Positions 1 through 6,382 of a stretch of 27,854 nucleotides of DNA are shown one piece after another. Position numbers and translations under genes: made by a program. Source of the stretch: a virus (lineage: Duplodnaviria; Heunggongvirae; Uroviricota; Caudoviricetes); the IMG/VR virus record IMGVR_UViG_3300032782_000004; one strand, written 5' to 3'. Numbering within the stretch: the stretch's first letter is position 1; each line of letters begins with the position of its first letter. Under the pieces are notes generated by a model. It was not told the origin of the DNA. It was given only the letters and a program-made list of their open reading frames with translations, and searched no databases.

Positions 1-8
1 ACAGGATC

Positions 9-842
9 TTGTGCATCGGGATCTCGGACGCTAAGCACACCGTCGTTATTTGGCCGTGGCGCCCAAGAGTGCACGTGCCGCTTCTGCGGAAGCTCCACGC
101 GCGCGTAAAAACTATCGGGATGCACAACGGCTACTGCTTCGACCAAGTGGCGCTCATTCGCGACGGGATCCCGTTCGAAGAGATCGACGATAAGCTCGAA
201 GACACGCTGCTCGCGCATCACACGTTCGCGAGCCACATGCCTCAACGGCTCGCGCACGTCGCGAGCGTGTTCTGTGATGCCGGCCCGTGGAAGATCGTTT
301 TCAAGAAGGGCAAAGACGGCGCGTCGGAGAAGGGGCTTCCGCCTGAGAAGCTCGATCCGAAGGATCTGTGCAAGTACAACGCGATCGACGCGCGTGTTCA
401 AGCGATGGTCTGGCTCGAGATGCAAAACGATCTGCGCTCCGAGCTCTCGGTGTACGCGGTCGACAAGGACAACGCTCGTTTGTGTCGAGGGATGATCATC
501 GACGGCATCGCGGTCGATCTCGATCGGCGTGACGAGCTTCGAGCAGCGATCATCCTCAAGGAGGAGGACTTGCTGTTTAAGATGCGCAAGCTTCTCCGGC
601 GCTCGAACTTCCACCCGATGCAGCTCTCGGAGGTGCGCAAGGCGCTTTTCAAGACGCTCGGGGCGCCGATCGCTGCGGCGGATCCAACCGAGAGCGGGTT
701 GCCGAGCACGAGCCAGAAGACGCTCGAGCGGCTCAAGGAGCGCCCCACGCGTGCCGGGCAGTTCGCCGATTTGCTGCTTCAGTGGCGTGGAGCCGTGAAG
801 ATCAGAAGCACTTACATCGACTCGCAGGTACTCGATGTCTAA
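9..842 (+). CDS. polA: Family A DNA polymerase, N-terminal part (3'-5' exonuclease plus thumb region); frame is open to the left window edge
   Basis: ExoII-like MHNGYCFD, ExoIII-like KYNAID, and C-terminal LLQWRGAVKIRSTYID matching the PolA LLEYR..KL.STY segment. Stops at TAA 840-842. Confidence 0.8.
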   Translation: MCIGISDAKHTVVIWPWRPRVHVPLLRKLHARVKTIGMHNGYCFDQVALIRDGIPFEEIDDKLEDTLLAHHTFASHMPQRLAHVASVFCDAGPWKIVFKKGKDGASEKGLPPEKLDPKDLCKYNAIDARVQAMVWLEMQNDLRSELSVYAVDKDNARLCRGMIIDGIAVDLDRRDELRAAIILKEEDLLFKMRKLLRRSNFHPMQLSEVRKALFKTLGAPIAAADPTESGLPSTSQKTLERLKERPTRAGQFADLLLQWRGAVKIRSTYIDSQVLDV

Positions 843-1797
843 AGCTAGCGGTAAGCAGAAGCTGTCGGCGATTGAAATCTCGGCACCGGGAGAAATAGGC
901 CCCGTCGCTCGAACGCATTTCAATTGGAGGAGTTACGGCGCCGCGTCCGGCCGGTATTCGTGCCGCTTGCAATCGTGTCCGCGGGCCGAATACCTCAAGG
1001 ACAAGAGCATCGTTCTCGAGACGCGCGTTCGAGAACTGTACGTAGCGCCACCCGGATCGAAACTGGTTTACTTCGACTTGAGTCAAGCCGAGCTCCGCTT
1101 TTCTGCTTACCTGTCAGGCGACAAGTCTTTCATCGCAGCGTGCGAGTCCGGCGATGTTCATACCGCCACGGCGATGAAACTGTTTCCCGCCGACGCAGAG
1201 CTCATCGGACGTGATCCAAAGGGCGCCGGAAAACCGTTCCGGGACGTCGAGAAGAATTCGATCTTCGGGTTCATCTACTACGCCGAGCCGGCGACGATTT
1301 TCACGTTCGTGCGATCGAAGGGGCTTCCGGTGGAGTTTCGCGATGTGCTCGCGATGCACGACATGGTCCGAGAGACGTTCGCCGATTACTTTCGCTACGT
1401 TGAGCAAAACAAGCGTTGGACAGACAAGCACGGCTATCTGCGGTGCGCGCTTTCTGGGCGCATTTCGTGGCTCGGCTGGCACGCGGGTTACCCAGATGTC
1501 AGCAACCGCCCGATTCAGGGCGGTATCGCGTCTCTCATGAATGTTCGACTGCCGAGGATCTCACGCGCGTTACCAAAGGGCGCCCGGGTCGTAGCACAGA
1601 TCCACGACGCGGCGATCATGGAGGTCCCGGAACGCCACGTCGAACGAGTAAAAGCGCTCGTTCAGGCGACGTGGAACGAACCGGTCGTTGTTCCGGCAAA
1701 CGGGTTCGGATCGTCGACGCGGATCGAAGACGGAGCGAGGCAGTTCGTGATGCCGATCGATTTGAAGATCGGAGATCGGTGGAGCTCATTCGGATGA
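835..1797 (+). CDS. polA: Family A DNA polymerase, C-terminal polymerase domain
   Basis: RTHFNWRSYGAASGRYS (cf. TGRLSS), motif A DLSQAELR, motif B RDVEKNSIFGFIY (Phe at the 762-equivalent position), motif C IHD. Confidence 0.9.
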   Translation: MSKASGKQKLSAIEISAPGEIGPVARTHFNWRSYGAASGRYSCRLQSCPRAEYLKDKSIVLETRVRELYVAPPGSKLVYFDLSQAELRFSAYLSGDKSFIAACESGDVHTATAMKLFPADAELIGRDPKGAGKPFRDVEKNSIFGFIYYAEPATIFTFVRSKGLPVEFRDVLAMHDMVRETFADYFRYVEQNKRWTDKHGYLRCALSGRISWLGWHAGYPDVSNRPIQGGIASLMNVRLPRISRALPKGARVVAQIHDAAIMEVPERHVERVKALVQATWNEPVVVPANGFGSSTRIEDGARQFVMPIDLKIGDRWSSFG

Positions 1798-2624
1798 ACG
1801 CTGAAGCTAGGCCGTTCGTAAAGTGGGCTGGCGGCAAGCGCGCGCTGCTTGATCAGATTCTAAAGCGACTCCCGACCAAGATCGTGGAATACTACGAGCC
1901 GTTTCTCGGTGGCGGCGCCGTGTTCTTCGCTCTCGCGAATGAAAAGCGTTTCGAAAAAGCGACGCTCGGCGACGCCAACAGCGAGCTTGCCGTAACTTAC
2001 AGGACGCTCGCACGACATCCGGACGAGTTGATCGCCGAGCTTCAAGCTCTCGCGAAGAAGCACTGCGAAGACTTCTACTACACTGTTCGGGCTCGCAACC
2101 CGTACGATCTCGCGCTTCCGGCGCGCGCGGCGCGGTTGATCTATTTGAACAAGACGGGCTTCAACGGCCTCTACCGCGTCAATCGTAAGGGCGCGTTCAA
2201 CGTGTCGTTTGGAGACTACAAGAATCCGACCATCTGCGATGATGACGCGCTGCGAGCTGCGGCGAAGGCGCTTGCAGGGGTCGGGATCTTGGATGTCGAT
2301 TTCGAGGAGACAGTGCTGACGGCTAGGCGCGGCGACGCAGTCTATTTCGACCCGCCGTACGTTCCCGTTTCGACGACGGCCAATTTCACGAGTTACTCCA
2401 AAGCCGGCTTCGGACCTGCTGATCAAGAACGCCTCCGCGACGTCGCTGAGAAACTCATCGCCCGCGGCGTGTACGTGCTCTTGTCAAACTCCGATACGCC
2501 GCTCGTCTGGAAGCTGTACAAGGGGTTCGAGCTCTCGGAAGTCCGAGCACGACGAAGTATCAATTCGAACGGTGGCAAGCGCGGCACTGTCGGCGAGCTG
2601 CTCATCAGTAGGAGATCAAAATGA
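1794..2624 (+). CDS. dam: Dam-family DNA adenine methyltransferase
   Basis: PFVKWAGGK, EPFLGGGAVFF, YLNKTGFNGLYRVN and catalytic DPPY. ATG 1794 overlaps the polymerase stop (ATGA). Confidence 0.93.
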   Translation: MNAEARPFVKWAGGKRALLDQILKRLPTKIVEYYEPFLGGGAVFFALANEKRFEKATLGDANSELAVTYRTLARHPDELIAELQALAKKHCEDFYYTVRARNPYDLALPARAARLIYLNKTGFNGLYRVNRKGAFNVSFGDYKNPTICDDDALRAAAKALAGVGILDVDFEETVLTARRGDAVYFDPPYVPVSTTANFTSYSKAGFGPADQERLRDVAEKLIARGVYVLLSNSDTPLVWKLYKGFELSEVRARRSINSNGGKRGTVGELLISRRSK

Positions 2625-2755
2625 AAGCGAAAGTGAGCGACGCATTAGTCTTCGGCATGCTGCTCGCGGCGTACGCGGTCGTGGATGCCGTGTGGGCCGT
2701 CGGCGAATGGGTTGATCACGCGAAGCAGTGCGTTCGCAGAGGATTTCGAGGATGA
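2621..2755 (+). CDS. Small hypothetical membrane protein (44 aa)
   Basis: MKAKVSDALVFGMLLAAYAVVDAVWAVGEW...; ATGA-coupled at both ends; hydrophobic stretch. Below the ORF-track cutoff. Confidence 0.6.
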   Translation: MKAKVSDALVFGMLLAAYAVVDAVWAVGEWVDHAKQCVRRGFRG

Positions 2756-2889
2756 CGCCGAGCCAGATCGCGTACGAGTTTTGGGCGGCAGCTTCACAGC
2801 ATCCGCTTCGTCCGTGGAGCAGTTTGCCCGCAGGAGCTCGCGCGTTGTGGGAAGGCTTGGCGCAGGCTGTATTGAAAGCAAGGCCATGA
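2752..2889 (+). CDS. Small hypothetical protein (45 aa)
   Basis: MTPSQIAYEFWAAASQHPLRPWSSLPAGARALWEGLAQAVLKARP; ATGA-coupled at both ends. Confidence 0.6.
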   Translation: MTPSQIAYEFWAAASQHPLRPWSSLPAGARALWEGLAQAVLKARP

Positions 2890-3116
2890 CTATTCGTCGA
2901 TTGCAGTTCTTGATCGAAGCCGCCGGCATGCACCCGAAAGCTTGTTACGCCCTCGGGGATGAAATCGAGGCGGCGAAAGATCTCGTCGAGCTCGGGTTGA
3001 TAGCCGACGTCGACGAGACGGATCCTGGATGCTTCGCGCTGACGCCGAAGGGCGAGCGGATGGCCCAATTTTTGGATGAACAACTGCTAGTCCAAAGTCG
3101 GCTTTGGACCGACTGA
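2886..3116 (+). CDS. Hypothetical protein, possibly winged-helix (76 aa)
   Basis: ATGA overlap at 2886; LVELGLI...FALTPKGERMA resembles a wHTH wing. Confidence 0.6.
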   Translation: MTIRRLQFLIEAAGMHPKACYALGDEIEAAKDLVELGLIADVDETDPGCFALTPKGERMAQFLDEQLLVQSRLWTD

Positions 3117-3158
3117 TCAGATACGCTTTCGCGACGTACGAAGAAAGGATTTGATCCC

Positions 3159-3560
3159 ATGACACCCCCGAACGCTTTGCGCTTCGCCGCCGATCTTCTC
3201 GATAACTGGGCAAAGTCCGGCGACGATCAGACGCTAGTCCACGCATTCGTCGATATCTGTATGATCCACGACAGCATGTTGGACCGCATGCAAAATCACC
3301 CGCAATACGCGGGCGTCCTCAAAGAAAGAGAAAACTCCTTTCGAGCCTACTCGAAACTCACCGAAGAGCGTGACGCGGCCGTCAAGCGGGCCGAGCAGGC
3401 GGAGGTCCAGCTCGCAGGCTGCTGCGCCGCCGCTTTGGGCGCTATCGCGCCGCACGCCGAAGAAGCTCAACCGGGAGACTACGGCTACTCGGCGTCGTAC
3501 GCGGAAGTGATCAAGATCCGACGCGAGCTCGAAGCTCTCCGCGAGGGGCTCAAGCGCTGA
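3159..3560 (+). CDS. Hypothetical phage protein (133 aa, coiled-coil)
   Basis: Clean ORF in the + strand cluster with helical composition. Confidence 0.7.
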   Translation: MTPPNALRFAADLLDNWAKSGDDQTLVHAFVDICMIHDSMLDRMQNHPQYAGVLKERENSFRAYSKLTEERDAAVKRAEQAEVQLAGCCAAALGAIAPHAEEAQPGDYGYSASYAEVIKIRRELEALREGLKR

Positions 3561-3576
3561 ACCGCGCTTTTTCCGC

Positions 3577-3605
3577 TTGCGCATCTTGCCGCCTCTTGCT
3601 ATAGA
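3577..3605 (+). promoter_or_regulatory. Putative sigma70-type promoter for the Ro60 gene
   Basis: TTGCGC (3577-3582), 17 nt, then TATAGA (3600-3605) with a TG extension at 3597-3598. It sits in the only gap before ATG 3615. Confidence 0.35.
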
Positions 3606-3614
3606 TTGGTCAGG

Positions 3615-5294
3615 ATGACGCGATACGCAGCTCACGTGAACCGACGCGCGACCTCTCAGCAAGAGAGCGCTCGTGCCGATCAGGTACAAAACAACGCGGG
3701 CGGTTTCGTGTTCGCGCTCGACAAGTGGAAACGCCTGGATCGCTTTCTTATTCTTGGGGCCGATGGTGGCACTTACTACGTCAGCGAGCGCGAGTTGACG
3801 ATCGACAACGCGAACGTCGTATTGGAATGCCTCGCCGAAGACGGTCTCCGGACGGTTCGGCGCATCGTAGAAATCAGCGACACCGGCCGCGCGCCGCGGA
3901 ACGACCCGGCAATTTTCGCGCTTGCGATCGCTGCGGGTACCGGCATCGGCGTCGGCGGCTACGGCGGCACCGTCGCCGCGGCAACGCGGAAAGCAGCGCT
4001 CGAGGCGTTGCCGAAGGTTTGCCGTATCGGAACCCACTTGTTCCATTTCGCCAATGACGTCGAAGGCTTTCGGGGATGGGGCCCGGCGTTGCGCAAAGCA
4101 ATCGCAGCCTGGTACGCACAACGCGAGCCGCGCGCGCTCGCTTACGATCTCGTGAAGTACCAGTCACGCGATGGCTGGGGGCACAAGGATTTGATCAAGC
4201 TGTCGCATCCTCAAGCGCCGACGGCGGCGCACAAAGCGGCGTTGGCATGGTCTGCACGCGGCGGTACCGAAAAGATGGGCGTTTCAACGCGGAAGAAGGG
4301 CGGCGGCGAACGCGGTACGATCGCCAACCGCGATGCTCTTCCGGCGATTATCGAAGCTTTCGTCGAAATTCACGCCGATGGCGTCGACGTTCGGCGAGCT
4401 TGCGAGCTGATTCGCGCTCATCGGCTGCCACACGAATGCGTCCCGAACGAGCTCAAAAATCGACCGGAGATCTGGGACGCGCTCTCCGAGCACATGGGGC
4501 TCACGGCGCTCATGCGCAATCTCAACAAGATGACGGCGGTCGGGCTCCTGAAACCGCTCTCCGACAAAACGCATGCGATTTGCTCGAAGCTCATTGATCC
4601 CAACGCCCTGTTCAAGGCGCGCGTACACCCGCTCGCGGTGCTTATCGCCCTCAAGACCTATTCGGCGGGTCAAGGCGCTCTTGGCAAGTTGACGTGGATT
4701 CCGACCTCGGAGATCGTCGACGCGCTCGATTCGGCGTTTTACCTCGCATTCGAGGCGATCGAACCGACAAACAAGCGGCACCTGCTTGGCGTCGATTGCT
4801 CTGGCAGTATGACGGCTCCGATCGCGCGCTTGAACCTTACCGCTCGAGAAGGCGCGGCAGCGATGGCGATGGCGACGGTGCGGGCCGAAAAGCGTACACA
4901 TGTGATGGGTTTTTGCGGCCAGTTCGTGTCGCTTCCGATCACGGCAAAGCAGCGCCTCGACGATGTCGTTCGAACCGTAGGGCAGGCGAGCTTCGGCCAA
5001 ACCGATTGTGCGTTGCCGATGATTTACGCGGCGGAGCACAAGCTCGAAGTCGATTGCTTCTCCGTTTACACCGACAACGAGACGTGGTTCGGCAGCGTCC
5101 ATCCGTTTCAAGCTCTTCGGGCGTACCGCGAGCGAATGGGTATCCCGGCAAAGCTCGTGGTCGTTGGAATGGCATCGACTGGTTTCACGATCGCCGATCC
5201 GACCGATGAGGGCATGCTCGACGTAGTAGGATTCGATTCCGCTGCGCCCGCCGTCATCGCCGATTTCGCCGCCGAGCGGGAGGTATGCGGATAA
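3615..5294 (+). CDS. rsr: Ro60/Rsr TROVE-vWA RNA-binding protein
   Basis: NNAGGFVF, RFLILGADGGTYY, KYQSRDGWGHKDLIKLSHP, ALMRNLNKMT, MIDAS DCSGS, YTDNETW, DVVGFDS: characteristic Ro60 blocks along the whole length. Confidence 0.96.
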   Translation: MTRYAAHVNRRATSQQESARADQVQNNAGGFVFALDKWKRLDRFLILGADGGTYYVSERELTIDNANVVLECLAEDGLRTVRRIVEISDTGRAPRNDPAIFALAIAAGTGIGVGGYGGTVAAATRKAALEALPKVCRIGTHLFHFANDVEGFRGWGPALRKAIAAWYAQREPRALAYDLVKYQSRDGWGHKDLIKLSHPQAPTAAHKAALAWSARGGTEKMGVSTRKKGGGERGTIANRDALPAIIEAFVEIHADGVDVRRACELIRAHRLPHECVPNELKNRPEIWDALSEHMGLTALMRNLNKMTAVGLLKPLSDKTHAICSKLIDPNALFKARVHPLAVLIALKTYSAGQGALGKLTWIPTSEIVDALDSAFYLAFEAIEPTNKRHLLGVDCSGSMTAPIARLNLTAREGAAAMAMATVRAEKRTHVMGFCGQFVSLPITAKQRLDDVVRTVGQASFGQTDCALPMIYAAEHKLEVDCFSVYTDNETWFGSVHPFQALRAYRERMGIPAKLVVVGMASTGFTIADPTDEGMLDVVGFDSAAPAVIADFAAEREVCG

Positions 5295-5304
5295 ACAGAT
5301 TCGT

Positions 5305-5372
5305 GCTCGGAGCCGTTGAGGTTGGGTTACCCTTTGGCGGATATCTCCCAACTTCGTTTCTCCGCCCCGAGC
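5305..5372 (+). ncRNA. Y-RNA-like stem-loop, copy 1
   Basis: Outer stem GCTCGG/CCGAGC, inner 9-bp stem GAGGTTGGG/CCCAACTTC, pyrimidine-rich internal loop; begins 10 nt after the Ro60 stop. Confidence 0.7.
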
Positions 5373-5382
5373 CTGTATTGAG

Positions 5383-5459
5383 AAGGTCCGAGCCGTTGCG
5401 GTTGGGTTATCATGCAACGATTCCCCCAGTCGCGCTTCTCCGCCCGGGCCTTATTTTTT
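5383..5459 (+). ncRNA. Y-RNA-like stem-loop, copy 2, followed by a U tract
   Basis: Outer stem AAGGTCCG/CGGGCCTT, inner 9-bp stem GCGGTTGGG/CCCAGTCGC, contains GGTCCGA, ends TTATTTTTT. Lies 80 nt after copy 1. Confidence 0.72.
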
Positions 5460-5469
5460 CTGAGACCAG

Positions 5470-5643
5470 ATGGTGAAGAAAGAGATTTCACGTGGCGACG
5501 TTCTTCGGCTGGCGGCCGAAGCACAGCTCGATCCGAGGACGGTCAAGCGCGCCATCGAACGCGGCATCGAAAGCCTGCAAGCGGCCGTGGACAAAGATCG
5601 CCTTCGCGCCGCCGCGGCCAAGTTGAGGATCAAAGTCGAATGA
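5470..5643 (+). CDS. Small HTH-like DNA-binding protein (57 aa)
   Basis: MVKKEISRGDVLRLAAEAQLDPRTVKRAIERG...; LAAEAQLDPRTVKR fits a helix-turn-helix pattern. Not in the ORF track. Confidence 0.7.
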   Translation: MVKKEISRGDVLRLAAEAQLDPRTVKRAIERGIESLQAAVDKDRLRAAAAKLRIKVE

Positions 5644-5649
5644 ACTTCT

Positions 5650-5860
5650 CTGGAGGTAACTCCAGTTTGGCGTACCCGCGGAGCGCGGGTTCGAAACACT
5701 CTTCGAAAGAAGAGGACAACGTCCGAAGGAAGCGGACGGCACGGGCGATCAAGCGCAAGCTCGAACGTCACGGCCCCGCATTGCCTCGGAAACCGGCCTT
5801 GCGCCGGAGCCCTCGTCTCAAGACGAGGCAATCGATCGTCATCATCGTTTCGCTTTCTAC
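5650..5860 (+). ncRNA. Putative structured ncRNA ending in an anti-repeat (tracr-like)
   Basis: Perfect hairpins at 5650-5665 (GTAA loop), 5674-5690, 5699-5714 (GAAA loop), 5720-5738, 5793-5807 and 5811-5828. No credible CDS. Confidence 0.5.
5826..5860 (-). repeat. Inverted degenerate copy (anti-repeat) of the array repeat
   Basis: Minus strand GTAGAAAGCGAAACGATGATGACGATCGATTGCCT matches the 35-nt repeat at 26/35 positions with no gaps. Confidence 0.8.
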
Positions 5861-5999
5861 GAGAGCGCGAGCGCCGAGGTGCCGCGAGACATGGTTTCGA
5901 GCAATTTCGCTCGGATACGGCGACGTGGAGCCGATGATCTACGAACCGCTCGCAGACCGGCTTGCAAGTACGCGATTCGTCTACGTCGTTGGCAGGCCG

Positions 6000-6257
6000 G
6001 TCGAAAGCGATTCGACGACGACAATCGGTTGTCAGTGGAGCCGGATCAGGATCGCCGGACGGACGGTGGCGCGTCGAAAGCGATTCGACGACGACAATCG
6101 GTTGTCAAACGGACCTAGCGCAGAGTAGCACAGACTACGTGACGTGTCGAAAGCGGTTCGACGATGACAATCGGTCAGTCAGAAGCGTCTCGCGATCTCG
6201 CGAGAGTTTCGAACACATCGTGTCGAAAGCGATTCGGTGATAGCGATTGATTTGTCA
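6000..6257. CRISPR. CRISPR-like mini-array: 4 repeats, 3 unique spacers, no cas gene in window
   Basis: GTCGAAAGCGATTCGACGACGACAATCGGTTGTCA is identical at 6000-6034 and 6073-6107, variant at 6146-6181 and degenerate at 6222-6257. Spacers are 38, 38 and 40 nt. The repeats are certain; CRISPR identity is inferred. Confidence 0.65.
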
Positions 6258-6382
6258 GCGCGTCCTGCGCAGGCGATAATCTCTGTTACGTACCCCAAGT
6301 AACGCCAAAACTCGCGCGGCGGAGCATCAAAGCGCATCCGCTGCGCGGCCTCGAGCATTCGCGCACGCTGAACGTCGGTCAT
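6179..6382 (-). CDS. Small hypothetical protein (67 aa) running antisense into the array
   Basis: ATGA-coupled to the upstream - strand gene; its C-terminal third overlaps repeat 4 and spacer 3. Confidence 0.4.
   Translation of the reverse strand: MTDVQRARMLEAAQRMRFDAPPREFWRYLGYVTEIIACAGRADKSIAITESLSTRCVRNSREIARRF

Noticed and set aside
1600-1625. Inactive polymerase because of HDA in motif C
   Set aside because: The catalytic Asp residues of motifs A and C are both present; the following Glu is not universally conserved.
4284-5417. 377-aa - strand ORF (similarly 6427-7683 and 23600-24544 on +)
   Set aside because: Antisense to well-supported genes in GC-rich DNA; no motifs.
5685-5701. GCGGGTTCGAAAC resembling a tRNA/YrlA T-arm
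   Set aside because: Only 3 of 5 stem pairs form, and both flanks are used in other perfect hairpins; no cloverleaf.
5925-5939. GTGGAGCCG shared with the start of spacer 1
   Set aside because: Only 9 nt identical; too short to call a protospacer or duplication.
5972-5994. Possible fifth degenerate repeat GCGATTCGTCTACGTCGTTGGCA
   Set aside because: Needs a 5-nt deletion plus four mismatches and is out of register with the 73-nt period.
5412-6128. 238-aa + strand ORF spanning the ncRNA/array region
   Set aside because: Arg/Ser-rich shadow composition; it overlaps the better 57-aa HTH ORF, the stem-loops and the repeats.
6000-6257. TIGR-type or iteron interpretation of the array
   Set aside because: No alternating short edge/loop repeats and no Nop-domain gene; the 73-nt period with unique spacers and no adjacent rep gene does not fit typical iterons. 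An operator role is not fully excluded.
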